From positions 50,535 to 114,534 of the forward strand of contig CAAGDE010000026.1 in NCBI GenBank assembly GCA_900768535.1: a stretch of DNA of 64,000 bases, given 5' to 3'. The number at the start of each line of letters is the position of its first letter. The stretch's first letter is position 1. Below the pieces are notes generated by a model. That model did not search any database, had not been told where the DNA came from, and saw nothing but the letters and a program-made list of their open reading frames with translations. Positions 16,822-26,079 of the stretch are shown piece by piece. The translations under genes and the position numbers were made by a program. The stretch comes from Clostridia bacterium (lineage in GTDB: Bacteria > Bacillota > Clostridia > Oscillospirales > CAG-272).

Positions 16822-17994
16822 ATGGAAAGCGTCACCTACAGGCTGGAGCAATTCAACTTTGAAGGTCCCCTGGACCTGTTGCTCGCGCTGATTCAGAAAA
16901 ACAAAGTGAATATCACCGACATTCCGATTGCGCTGATCTGTGACCAGTACCTTGCGTACATTGCGGCGGCACAGGACCTGAACATGGAGCTGGCGGGAGA
17001 GTTCATCGTCATGGCGAGCGAGCTGGTCCGCATCAAAAGCAAAATGCTTCTCCCCCGCCCGAAGGAGGAGGAGAAAGACCCGCGCATGGATCTGCAGGAA
17101 GCACTGCGGCGCTATCAGCAGGCAAAGGAAGCCGCCGTCATTCTGGCGGAGCGCTACAGCGTCTACCGGGGGCGGATGGTCAAGGACACCGATGAGGTCT
17201 CGGTGGACACCACGTATGTCGCCGACCAGCAGGTCACCAGTCTCTGCCTTGCCGTCCGGCGCATCATTGCCGCAAACGAAAGCCGACCGAAAGCGGAAAA
17301 GGCGGTGTTTGCCCCGATGATCGCAAAGCCGATCGTCCCGGTGGAAATCAAGATCGTCGGCATCCTGCACCGCATGGAAAAGAAGAAGGAAACAAGCATG
17401 AAGGAGCTGCTCTCGGATGCGGTCTCCCTCCCCGATCTGATTGCAATCTTCCTGGGCATCCTGGAATTGGTGAAGGTGCGAAGGATCCTGATCGATGAGG
17501 GAGAATATCTGGATGCGGTTCACGGAACCAACACCTGCTTCTCGGTCAACGAAAAAACGCCGGAGCAGGAGGAGGAAGAGCGCAAAAAGCATCCCTCTCT
17601 GGCGCTTTCCAAGGATCCAATCCCCCTCTCCTCCAAAGCCGAGATGCACCGCGAACAGCGGCGGATCATCCGCGAGAAAAAGCTGGAGGAAAAGAAACGG
17701 CAGCGCGCCGAGGAACGCGCAAGGCGGGCGGAGGAACGCCGGCTTGCCGCCCTGGAAGCCGAACGGCTGGGCGGGTGTGCGGAGGAACGGATGCCAAAGG
17801 AGGATACGATCCCCGCAGACGACAGTGACCTGGACGCAGAGGAAAAGGTGGAAGCCATGCTGGAGGATCGGCTCTCCGAGGATGACAACGATATGCTCGA
17901 TGATCTCGGACTGGATATGAACGAGATTGTCCGGCATATGGCAAAGGAAACCGTCCGCATGGAGCAGGAGCGGCATAAGCAGGAGGGACAGTAA
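16822..17994 (+). CDS. scpA: Segregation and condensation protein A (kleisin) with a long charged C-terminal extension
   Basis: N-terminus FEGPLDLLLALIQKNKVNITDIPI is typical ScpA. Followed by scpB. Confidence 0.9.
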   Translation: MESVTYRLEQFNFEGPLDLLLALIQKNKVNITDIPIALICDQYLAYIAAAQDLNMELAGEFIVMASELVRIKSKMLLPRPKEEEKDPRMDLQEALRRYQQAKEAAVILAERYSVYRGRMVKDTDEVSVDTTYVADQQVTSLCLAVRRIIAANESRPKAEKAVFAPMIAKPIVPVEIKIVGILHRMEKKKETSMKELLSDAVSLPDLIAIFLGILELVKVRRILIDEGEYLDAVHGTNTCFSVNEKTPEQEEEERKKHPSLALSKDPIPLSSKAEMHREQRRIIREKKLEEKKRQRAEERARRAEERRLAALEAERLGGCAEERMPKEDTIPADDSDLDAEEKVEAMLEDRLSEDDNDMLDDLGLDMNEIVRHMAKETVRMEQERHKQEGQ

Positions 17995-18000
17995 GATATT

Positions 18001-18768
18001 ATGGAAGAGAAAAAAACAACCGAACCGGTCCTGGAGCCGCTGAAAACCGCGGAAGAGGTGGAGCAGGCAATTGAAGCCATCCTTTTTGCGGCGGGGCATC
18101 AGATGCGGTATGATAAGCTGGCGGAGGTATTGAGCCTCACGGTCAAGGACATCAAAGCCATGGTGCGTGAGATTGCGAAAAAGTATGCGGCGGAGGATTC
18201 CGTCCACGGAATCCAGCTTCTCCAGTACCCCACCGCCTGCCAGCTCGCCACCAAGGAGACCTACGCCCCCTACATCCGGGAAGCACTGGGCATCCGGCGC
18301 GGCGGCAACCTCTCGGCATCCACCATGGAGGCGCTGGCGGTGGTTGCCTACAACCAGCCGGTGACACGGACATTTGTGGACGATGTGCGCGGTGTGGACA
18401 GCTCCTACGCGGTGACCTCACTCATCGACAAGGGGCTGATCGAAGCGGCGGGACGGCTGGAGGCGCCGGGACGTCCGATGCTGTACGTAACCACCGACAA
18501 ATTCCTGCGGGTGTTCGGCATCAACTCGCTGGACGAGCTGCCGCAGACCGAGGCACTCAGCGTTTCCGCACAGGTTCAGGCGGAAAATGCCGGGGACAAC
18601 GGGGAGCAGCTGGAAATCAACCTGGACGATGCGGACAATCTGCCCGATGCGGACGAACCGCTTCCGGCGGATGCCCCCGACTACCGCCCGGTGGACGAGG
18701 ACGATGACGGAAATCTGATTTTTGAGGACGGTACACCGGATGCCGGTACGTCCCCGGAAGGAGCGTGA
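18001..18768 (+). CDS. scpB: Segregation and condensation protein B
   Basis: ScpB-like winged-helix repeats (EAILFAAG..., ALAVVAYNQPVTR) and an acidic tail. Confidence 0.9.
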   Translation: MEEKKTTEPVLEPLKTAEEVEQAIEAILFAAGHQMRYDKLAEVLSLTVKDIKAMVREIAKKYAAEDSVHGIQLLQYPTACQLATKETYAPYIREALGIRRGGNLSASTMEALAVVAYNQPVTRTFVDDVRGVDSSYAVTSLIDKGLIEAAGRLEAPGRPMLYVTTDKFLRVFGINSLDELPQTEALSVSAQVQAENAGDNGEQLEINLDDADNLPDADEPLPADAPDYRPVDEDDDGNLIFEDGTPDAGTSPEGA

Positions 18769-18772
18769 TCCG

Positions 18773-19498
18773 ATGGAAGGCTGGATGATTGCCCTGATTG
18801 CAGTCGGCGGTGTCCTGCTGATCCTGCTTCTTGTGCTGTTTTTCGGAACGGCACGGCTGCGCATCAGCTGTCGGGATTCCGTAAAGGTGCGCCTGCGGGT
18901 GCTGGGACTGCGCTTCCGGCTCTACCCGCGAGAGGATGGGGAGGACGAGCCGCGCGGCTTCTGCCGCTTCCCGAACCGGGCACTGGCGCGGGAGCTGCGA
19001 AGGCAGAAGCGGGCGGAAAAACGCGCACGGAAGGCACTGAAAAAGAAAAAGAAGCAGGCGGTCGGAGCCGGTCTCCCGAAGCCGAATGTGAAGGAAAACC
19101 TGGAGATGATCCGCGCACTGGTCAAGGAATTTTACCGGGTATCCCGCGGAAAAATCACTGTCCGGACCCTGCGGCTGAAGGCCGTGGTGGCAACCGGAGA
19201 CGCGGCAAAAACCGCACTGCTCTGGGGCGGAGTATCGGCAAGTGCGTCCATGCTCCTGAACTGGATCAATGACCACTACGCCTACATTGACCACGAGCCG
19301 GGTGAAGTGGACATCCGTCCGGATTTTGCGGGAAGCGAATCGGGCGCGGACATCGACCTGGTGTTCTCCCTTGGACTGTGGAGCGCCTTGCGCATTGCCC
19401 TGATGATGCGGACGCGCTTTGCCGAGGAAAAAGCCCGCGCACACATCAAAGCCGTCCGCCGCCTGACGCGGAAGGCGAAAAAAGCAGTCAATCAATGA
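18773..19498 (+). CDS. YtfI-like (DUF2953-type) membrane-anchored sporulation protein. The start is uncertain (18773 or 18785).
   Basis: N-terminal TM helix then basic region. Sits immediately upstream of ytfJ, as ytfI does in Bacillus. Confidence 0.55.
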   Translation: MEGWMIALIAVGGVLLILLLVLFFGTARLRISCRDSVKVRLRVLGLRFRLYPREDGEDEPRGFCRFPNRALARELRRQKRAEKRARKALKKKKKQAVGAGLPKPNVKENLEMIRALVKEFYRVSRGKITVRTLRLKAVVATGDAAKTALLWGGVSASASMLLNWINDHYAYIDHEPGEVDIRPDFAGSESGADIDLVFSLGLWSALRIALMMRTRFAEEKARAHIKAVRRLTRKAKKAVNQ

Positions 19499-19524
19499 TT
19501 TTATTCATGAAAGGATAAACAGAC

Positions 19525-19941
19525 ATGGAAAACGAAAGCTCTATCAAGCAGATGATCAACAATTCGATGCAGCAGATCCGGCAGATCATGGACGCCGATA
19601 CCGTGGTCGGTCAGCCGATCAAGCTCGACAACGGCGTGACCATTCTCCCCTTCTCCCGTGTGTCGCTCGGCTTTGCCTCCGGCGGACTGGATCTTCCCGC
19701 GCGCCAGGACAAAGCCCGCAAGAACTTCGGCGGTGCCGGCGGAACCGGCGTGACGGTCAACCCCATCGGCTTCCTGGTCACCTACCCGGACGGCAAGGTG
19801 GAAATGCTCCCCATCACGGCGCCCGAGGAGGTCGGTCCGCTGGAACAGATTGCGGAGATCCTCAACCGTGCGCCGGAGGTTGTCGGCAGACTGCGGGAGC
19901 TGTTTGACGAGGTGGACGCCGCCGCGCAGGACGGAAACTGA
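19525..19941 (+). CDS. ytfJ: Sporulation protein YtfJ (GerW family)
   Basis: GerW-like motifs VVGQPIKLDNGVTILPFSRVSLGFASGG and GGAGGTGVTVNPIGFLV. Confidence 0.85.
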   Translation: MENESSIKQMINNSMQQIRQIMDADTVVGQPIKLDNGVTILPFSRVSLGFASGGLDLPARQDKARKNFGGAGGTGVTVNPIGFLVTYPDGKVEMLPITAPEEVGPLEQIAEILNRAPEVVGRLRELFDEVDAAAQDGN

Positions 19942-20053
19942 CCGTCCGTGACATAAAACGAACTCCGGAAAAATATACATGAATGAGAGGCGCGCACACC
20001 GCATCCCGGTGTGAAGGCAACTCGAAACCGTATGTTTTTCCGGAGGTTTTATC

Positions 20054-21199
20054 ATGCGTAGATTGGTCCTGCCGATGCTGCTTCTGACCGCTTTGCTGTT
20101 CGGGTGTCTGCCGGTGTCTGCCGAGACGGTCAGTGCACCGACCGTCTCGGCGCAGAGTGCCGTTCTCATGGATGCCCGGTACGGCTTGGTCCTGTTTGAA
20201 AAGGACGCCGACCGGAGGCTCCCCATGGCAAGCACCACAAAAATCATGACCGCGCTGACGGCACTGGCAAACGCCGCGCCCGAAACGGTCATCCGAACGG
20301 CGCCGGAAGCGGTCGGCGTGGAGGGCTCCTCCGTCTATCTGTCGGCAGGAGAGAAGCTGACCCTGGAGCAATTGCTCTATGCCCTTCTGCTCCAGTCCGC
20401 AAACGATGCGGCGGCGGCAATCGCTGTCGGCGTGGGCGGGAGCATTGCGGAATTTGCCGACCTGATGAACGCGCAGGCACAGCGGCTGGGACTGACCGAC
20501 ACGCATTTTGCCAATCCGCACGGGCTGGACGCGGACGGACACTACACCACCGCGCGCGAGCTTGCCGTCATCACGCGGGAGGCGCTCTCCCATCCCCTGA
20601 TCCGGAAGATCGTCGGGACCCGCAGGGCGACCATTCCGCAGGGAGAGAACCCGGACGCGCGCCTGCTGGTCAATCACAACCGGCTGCTGCGGACCTATCC
20701 CGATGCCATCGGCGTCAAGACCGGATTTACCAAAAAGAGCGGGCGCTGTCTGGTTTCCGCCGCGGAACGGAACGGCGTGACGCTGATTGCGGTTACCCTG
20801 AACGCGCCGGATGACTGGCGCGATCATACCGCCATGCTCGACTACGGCTTCACCCGGTTTGACACGGTTGACCTGTGCCGCGCGGGAGATGCCGTCTGCT
20901 CCGTTCCGGTCACGGGCGGTACGACGGAGGCGGTTCCGATGCATGCCGCGGAAAGCCTTACCGCCGCACTGCCGATCGGTCACGCGCCGATCCGGGTCAC
21001 CGTGGAGGCACCGCATTTTCTCTACGCGCCCGTCCCGCTTGACCGGCAGACCGGCGAGGCGGTTTATTCCTGCGACCTGGACGGAGACGGTGCGGCGGAG
21101 GAGATCGGGCGCGTGGCGCTCGTCACCGCGGCGACGGTCGAACGCAGGCAGACCGAACAGCACGGCTTTTTCGCGTGGCTGAAGAAGCTGTTCCGCTGA
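20054..21199 (+). CDS. dacB: D-alanyl-D-alanine carboxypeptidase (S11 PBP)
   Basis: Signal peptide and the SxxK (ASTTK), SxN (SAN) and KTG (VKTGFT) motifs. Position after scpAB as in Bacillus. The symbol is assigned by synteny only. Confidence 0.85.
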   Translation: MRRLVLPMLLLTALLFGCLPVSAETVSAPTVSAQSAVLMDARYGLVLFEKDADRRLPMASTTKIMTALTALANAAPETVIRTAPEAVGVEGSSVYLSAGEKLTLEQLLYALLLQSANDAAAAIAVGVGGSIAEFADLMNAQAQRLGLTDTHFANPHGLDADGHYTTARELAVITREALSHPLIRKIVGTRRATIPQGENPDARLLVNHNRLLRTYPDAIGVKTGFTKKSGRCLVSAAERNGVTLIAVTLNAPDDWRDHTAMLDYGFTRFDTVDLCRAGDAVCSVPVTGGTTEAVPMHAAESLTAALPIGHAPIRVTVEAPHFLYAPVPLDRQTGEAVYSCDLDGDGAAEEIGRVALVTAATVERRQTEQHGFFAWLKKLFR

Positions 21200-21229
21200 C
21201 GGAAAACTCAAAAGGATCGGACGGATGAC

Positions 21230-21958
21230 ATGACAGAACCAATCAGACTGCAAAAATATTTTTCCGACTGCGGGGTGCTCTCCCGGCGCGCCGCAGAAGC
21301 GGAAATTCTTGCCGGACACGTAACGGTCAACGGTGTTCCGGCGGCTCTGGGCGATCAGATCACACCGGGAAAGGATGCGGTTGCGTGGAACGGCACCCCC
21401 ATTCTTCCGCGTGCGGACAAGCCCTACCGCTACATTCTGCTCAATAAGCCGCGCGGCTATGTCTGCACGGCAAAGGACGAGAAGGGACGGCGGAACGTAA
21501 CCGACCTTGTGCGCATTCCGGGCACGCGGCTGTATCCGGTCGGTCGGCTGGATATGGATTCGGACGGACTGCTGCTCCTGACCGATGACGGCGCGTTTGC
21601 CAACCGTCTGACCCACCCGCGGCACGAAATTCCGAAGATCTACCGGGTGACCGTCTCCCCTGCCCCCACCGAAGCACAGCTGGCGGAACTGCGCGCGCCG
21701 ATGGAGCTGGACGGCTACCGGCTGCTCCCGGTGGACGTGCGCCGGGAGGGAGACACGGTGCTACGGATGGAGCTGCACGAGGGCAGGAACCGCCAGATCC
21801 GCCGGATGTGCGAGGCGGTCGGACTGAAGGTCACGGCGCTGACCCGGATCGCGGTCGGAGCACTGACGCTGGGCGATCTGCGCCGCGGGAAATGGCGGGA
21901 GCTGACTGCCGGTGAAATCGCCTATCTGATGGGGAACGCCCCGGAAAGGAAGAACTGA
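21230..21958 (+). CDS. rluB: Pseudouridine synthase, RsuA/RluB family
   Basis: N-terminal S4 domain and catalytic Asp motif GRLDMDSDGLLLLT. Confidence 0.88.
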   Translation: MTEPIRLQKYFSDCGVLSRRAAEAEILAGHVTVNGVPAALGDQITPGKDAVAWNGTPILPRADKPYRYILLNKPRGYVCTAKDEKGRRNVTDLVRIPGTRLYPVGRLDMDSDGLLLLTDDGAFANRLTHPRHEIPKIYRVTVSPAPTEAQLAELRAPMELDGYRLLPVDVRREGDTVLRMELHEGRNRQIRRMCEAVGLKVTALTRIAVGALTLGDLRRGKWRELTAGEIAYLMGNAPERKN

Positions 21959-21959
21959 A

Positions 21960-22352
21960 ATGCTGGAAGTATTACCGATTCAGACAAAGACCGAACAGGA
22001 GGCTCTCTGCGCAAGATGCGGCATCCCCTTCCGGACCGAATTGCTGGCTTATCGGGCAACGGTGGACGGGGATCTGCGCGGCATCTGCCAGTTTACCATG
22101 GATTCACAGGGCGGGCGGATTGCGGACTTTGCCGCCGCCGGCGAACCCGAATTTGAGCCTTTGTTCGTCATGGGACGTGCCGCACTGAACTTTATCGACC
22201 TTTGCGGCGTTCACACTGCTTTTTTTGACGCGGATTTCGAAAATGAGACGCTCATCAAAGCCATCGGTTTTGAGAAGAATCCTGCCGGAAGATGGGAGAT
22301 GGATCTGACCGACTTTTTCCGGGAGCCGTGTAAACATTCCAAAAAAGCCTGA
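21960..22352 (+). CDS. Hypothetical 130-aa protein coupled to rluB
   Basis: The ATG lies 1 nt after the rluB stop and codon usage resembles the neighbours. No recognisable motif. Confidence 0.5.
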   Translation: MLEVLPIQTKTEQEALCARCGIPFRTELLAYRATVDGDLRGICQFTMDSQGGRIADFAAAGEPEFEPLFVMGRAALNFIDLCGVHTAFFDADFENETLIKAIGFEKNPAGRWEMDLTDFFREPCKHSKKA

Positions 22353-22424
22353 TAAAGGAAATATTTGTAAAAAATATACAGTTTAAGTCCGAAATTTTTG
22401 TATACCATTTTTTTCCAAAAGTAC

Positions 22425-22453
22425 TTGCAAATTCTTACAAAATATGGTAAAAT
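22425..22453 (+). promoter_or_regulatory. Sigma-A-type spo0A promoter
   Basis: TTGCAA-17-TAAAAT with an extended -10 TGg, within an AT-rich gap. Confidence 0.55.
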
Positions 22454-22498
22454 ATTACTGTACAGAAAACTGACCGGAATATTATGGAGGAATATGGT

Positions 22499-23281
22499 AT
22501 GGAATACACAACAAAGATCCTGGTTGCAGATGAAAGTCCCGCGAGCCGCTCCACCCTGCGTGACGGGCTGGTTCGGATGGGTTACCGGAACGTGGAGGAA
22601 GCGGTCAACGGCGAGGAAGCGCTGATGAAGATCAACCGGAACCGCCCGGACGTGGTTCTGATGGATGTCTGGCTCTCCAAGCTGGACGGCATCGGCGTTC
22701 TGCGGAACTGCCGGAACGCGGGAATCGGAAAGGACGGCACGCCGATTTTCATCATTGTCTCGTCCGTCTCCAATCAGAATCTGTTCATTCAGGCAACCGA
22801 AGCCGGCGCGGAGCTCTGCCTGCTGAAGCCGGTCAACCTCAACAGCCTCTGCGAGCACATTCAAAGCATCCTCTCCCGGCGCAGTCGGGAAGCGGCAATG
22901 GCGGTGATAAAAACGGAGGAAAAAACGCCGGACATTGAGTCGCAGGTGACGCAGATCATCCATCAGATCGGCGTTCCAGCACACATCAAGGGCTACCAGT
23001 ATCTGCGCACGGCAATTCTTCTGACGGTGCAGGACAGCGACATCATCAACTCGGTGACAAAGGTGCTTTATCCGTCGGTTGCAAAGAAATACAGCACCAC
23101 GACCAGCCGGGTGGAGCGCGCCATCCGCCATGCGATTGAGGTGGCATGGGATCGCGGCGACATTGACACGCTCAACAGTTATTTCGGCTACACCATTCAG
23201 CAAGGCAGAGGAAAGCCGACCAACAGCGAGTTCATCGCCATGATCGCCGATAATCTGCGGCTGAAATATAAGCTGTTCTGA
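22499..23281 (+). CDS. spo0A: Stage 0 sporulation master regulator Spo0A
   Basis: Receiver domain plus Spo0A-specific C-terminal DNA-binding domain ([12 protein letters not shown]...[18 protein letters not shown]). GGAGG lies 8 nt upstream of the ATG at 22499. An alternative ATG is at 22484. Confidence 0.94.
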   Translation: MEYTTKILVADESPASRSTLRDGLVRMGYRNVEEAVNGEEALMKINRNRPDVVLMDVWLSKLDGIGVLRNCRNAGIGKDGTPIFIIVSSVSNQNLFIQATEAGAELCLLKPVNLNSLCEHIQSILSRRSREAAMAVIKTEEKTPDIESQVTQIIHQIGVPAHIKGYQYLRTAILLTVQDSDIINSVTKVLYPSVAKKYSTTTSRVERAIRHAIEVAWDRGDIDTLNSYFGYTIQQGRGKPTNSEFIAMIADNLRLKYKLF

Positions 23282-23292
23282 CTCAATATCAT

Positions 23293-23368
23293 GCCCCCCG
23301 CACCGAACGCATTCTCCGGCGCGGGGGGCACAGTATAACTTTTACCGATCGGTGCGGGGCGGTTTTTT
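23293..23368. terminator. Hairpin/terminator region between the convergent spo0A and amidase-domain genes
   Basis: GCCCCCCGCACCG pairs with CGGCGCGGGGGGC (23293-23329). Alternatively CCCCGCACCGA (23296-23306) pairs with TCGGTGCGGGG (23349-23359), which is followed by T6. Confidence 0.55.
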
Positions 23369-23984
23369 ATGACCCTTCCACAAGCTCCGGGCGGTCAAAA
23401 TCCGGTGCTGAGGGTTCCGGCTCCGGCAATCCCTCTCCCCCGCTGATGAGATAGGCAAAACATTCATCATCGTTCACGTCAAACCGCACGCCCAGAAAAT
23501 GCAGAAACCGCGCGGAGGCAAAATTGTAGCTTGACAGCGGACGGTCCAGGGCGTTGTCCGACTGCGCGCAAACGTAAATCTCACCGTTTTCAATCTTGCT
23601 GATTATGACCGTATGGTACCAGTTCCCCTCCGCATTCGCGTACTGAACCGCATCCCCCACCTGTGCCCTCCTGCGCGGCACCTCGGCGGCATAGGGACCG
23701 ATTCCCCCGTTCCGGGAGGCGAATTCCGGTGTTCCGGTCATGAAATCGTAAAAGTACCTCACACTGCTCCAGGCGGGGGCACGGTCGGCATCCGATTCAT
23801 AATACCATCCGTAGTCCGGGGTGCGGTTCATCACACAGCTCCCCGCCAGCACACACTGTGACACAAAATTGGTGCAGTTCCCGCCCCGCCCCGTAAAATC
23901 AACAAACAGCGGGTTGCGGGATAAAGCCCACCGACGGGCATACTCCACCGCACGCGCCGCATCATACGGCTTTGTCAGTAACAT
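23367..23984 (-). CDS. Putative amidase-domain protein (Amidase_6-like), function unknown
   Basis: 205 aa from MLLTKPYDAARAVEYARRWA. The GNCTNFVSQC (Cys) and WYHTVII (His) pattern resembles a papain-like amidase fold. Assignment by eye. Confidence 0.5.
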   Translation of the reverse strand: MLLTKPYDAARAVEYARRWALSRNPLFVDFTGRGGNCTNFVSQCVLAGSCVMNRTPDYGWYYESDADRAPAWSSVRYFYDFMTGTPEFASRNGGIGPYAAEVPRRRAQVGDAVQYANAEGNWYHTVIISKIENGEIYVCAQSDNALDRPLSSYNFASARFLHFLGVRFDVNDDECFAYLISGGEGLPEPEPSAPDFDRPELVEGS

Positions 23985-24072
23985 ATCCGTTCTCCTTTCC
24001 TCTGACTCCGCTACAGTATATGCCGGCAACGGAAAAACCGCCAAGGGATTGCTCCCCGGCGGTTTTGTTCTG

Positions 24073-25911
24073 TTATGGTTTTCGTTCCAGATAGCGGCGG
24101 ATGCATTCGGTGAACACCGCGCCGTAGCGCTCGGCTTTGGTCTGCCCGACCCCGTTGACCTCCAGAAATTCCGCCAGATCGGTCGGGCGCCGGATGCTCA
24201 TATCGCGCAGGGCGGCATCCGAAAAAACGATGTACGCCGGCACCTTCTGCTCCTTCGCAAGCTGAAACCGCAGTTGCCTCAGCTCCTCAAACAGTGCCGG
24301 GTCGCCGTCTCCCGCCATGGCTTCGCGCGCAGACTTTTTCGCCTTCTCCGGCTTTTCCTGCGGCTTCTGTCGGATCACGCGCATCTGCAGCGTTTCTTCT
24401 CCGTGCAACAGCGGGCGGCTCTTCGGCGTGACCCGCAGAACGGGATAGTCGCGCCCCTCGGTGACAAGGTAGCCGCGCTCCTCCAGCAGATCCACCCGCT
24501 CCCGCAGGTCCCGCTCGCTCATGGCGGAAAGGAGCCCGTAGGTTGACTGATCCTGCAGTCCGAGGGAGAGCAGCCGTTCGTTTTTGCTCCCCCGCAGGAC
24601 GTCACAGATCATCTTTTTCCCAAAGCGCTGTCCGGTCCGGATGACGCAGGAGAGAATCTTCTGCGCGTCCACCGTCACGTCCGCCATCTCACTGTCCGCA
24701 AGACAGTTGGAGCAGTTTCCGCACGCCGATGGGCAATTCTCCCCGAAATAGCGCAGAATCGACCGCCGCAGGCATTCCCCGGTGGTGCAGTAGAAGGTCA
24801 TCTGTCTGAGCCGCTCCAGATCCCGCTCCCGCAGGGTCTGCCGCTCCTGCTCGGTCAGCTCCGGGTTGTCCTCCGACCGCGCAATCAGAAACCGGTTGGT
24901 CATCACGTCCTGCGGGCTGTAGAGCAGGATGCATTCCGCGCGTTCGCCGTCCCGCCCGGCACGTCCCGCCTCCTGGTAGTAGCTCTCGATATCCTTCGGC
25001 ATATTGTAATGGATGACGTAGGAGACATCCGACTTGTCAATCCCCATGCCGAACGCATTGGTTGCAACGATCACATCGACCCGACCGTAGATGAAATCGT
25101 CCTGATTCTGCCGGCGTTCCGAATCCGACAGTCCCGCGTGATAGCGCGTTGCGGAAATCCCGTTCTGCCGGAGCACCTCGCAAAGCTCCTCCACGTTCTT
25201 CCGCGTAGCGGCGTAGACAATGCCCGACCGTCCGGCGTGCGACCGGATCAGCTCCAGCAGTCTATCCTGCTTGGACTTCGGCTTTTCCACCCCGAAATAG
25301 AGGTTCGGACGGTCAAAGCCGGTGGTCACGCAGAGCGGATTGCGCAATTCCAGCAGTGCTTCCATGTCCGCCTTCACCCGCCCGGTTGCGGTTGCGGTAA
25401 AGGCACCGACGGTCGGTCGCCGGGACAGTCCCTTTGCAAATTCCGCAATCTTCAGGTAGGACGGGCGGAAATTCTGCCCCCATTGCGAGACGCAGTGTGC
25501 CTCATCCACAATCAGATTCGAGATTTCCAGCGCCTGACAGACCTCCGGAAAATCCGGCGCCGTCAGCCGCTCCGGCGCTACGTAAATCAGCTTGTAGACT
25601 CCGTTCCGGATGCCCCACAGCACCTGCCCGTACTGCGCTGCCGTCAGAGTGCTGTTGACAAACGCCGCCGGGACGCCGGACTGCGTCAGGGACTCGACCT
25701 GATCCTTCATCAGGGAAATCAGCGGCGAGATCACCAGGGTGACACCCGGCGACATCAGCGCGGGAACCTGATAGCACAGTGACTTCCCGGCGCCGGTCGG
25801 CATGACGCAAAGGACATCCCGCCCGTCCAGAATCGCGTCAATCACCTGTTCCTGTCCGTCGCGGAACGCACTGTGTCCGAAATATTGCTTCAGTACTTCC
25901 AGTTTTGTCAT
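24073..25911 (-). CDS. recQ: ATP-dependent DNA helicase RecQ
   Basis: Motif I MPTGAGKS, DEAH box VDEAHCVSQWG, RecQ Zn-binding Cys cluster and C-terminal HRDC. AAGGAAG RBS before the ATG at 25911. Confidence 0.94.
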   Translation of the reverse strand: MTKLEVLKQYFGHSAFRDGQEQVIDAILDGRDVLCVMPTGAGKSLCYQVPALMSPGVTLVISPLISLMKDQVESLTQSGVPAAFVNSTLTAAQYGQVLWGIRNGVYKLIYVAPERLTAPDFPEVCQALEISNLIVDEAHCVSQWGQNFRPSYLKIAEFAKGLSRRPTVGAFTATATGRVKADMEALLELRNPLCVTTGFDRPNLYFGVEKPKSKQDRLLELIRSHAGRSGIVYAATRKNVEELCEVLRQNGISATRYHAGLSDSERRQNQDDFIYGRVDVIVATNAFGMGIDKSDVSYVIHYNMPKDIESYYQEAGRAGRDGERAECILLYSPQDVMTNRFLIARSEDNPELTEQERQTLRERDLERLRQMTFYCTTGECLRRSILRYFGENCPSACGNCSNCLADSEMADVTVDAQKILSCVIRTGQRFGKKMICDVLRGSKNERLLSLGLQDQSTYGLLSAMSERDLRERVDLLEERGYLVTEGRDYPVLRVTPKSRPLLHGEETLQMRVIRQKPQEKPEKAKKSAREAMAGDGDPALFEELRQLRFQLAKEQKVPAYIVFSDAALRDMSIRRPTDLAEFLEVNGVGQTKAERYGAVFTECIRRYLERKP

Positions 25912-25942
25912 CACTTGCTCCGTTCTTCCTTCACTCCCCTTT

Positions 25943-25971
25943 ATTATACCGCATTTTCCCGGATTTTGCAA
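25943..25971 (-). promoter_or_regulatory. recQ promoter
   Basis: Minus strand TTGCAA-17-TATAAT, about 30 nt upstream of the recQ ATG. Confidence 0.55.
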
Positions 25972-26030
25972 CCCCATTCCCGATGATTCCGCAAAAAACA
26001 CCGTCATTTCGCGGTGCAAAAGGAAAAAAC

Positions 26031-26070
26031 GCCGACCGAAGGAAAACCGTTCGGTCGGCGGGGGTGGATT
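26031..26070 (-). terminator. Intrinsic terminator of the TCA-branch operon
   Basis: CGCCGACCGAA/TTCGGTCGGCG stem followed by T6 on the minus strand, 10 nt after the dehydrogenase stop. Confidence 0.75.
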
Positions 26071-26079
26071 TTGTCGGTT

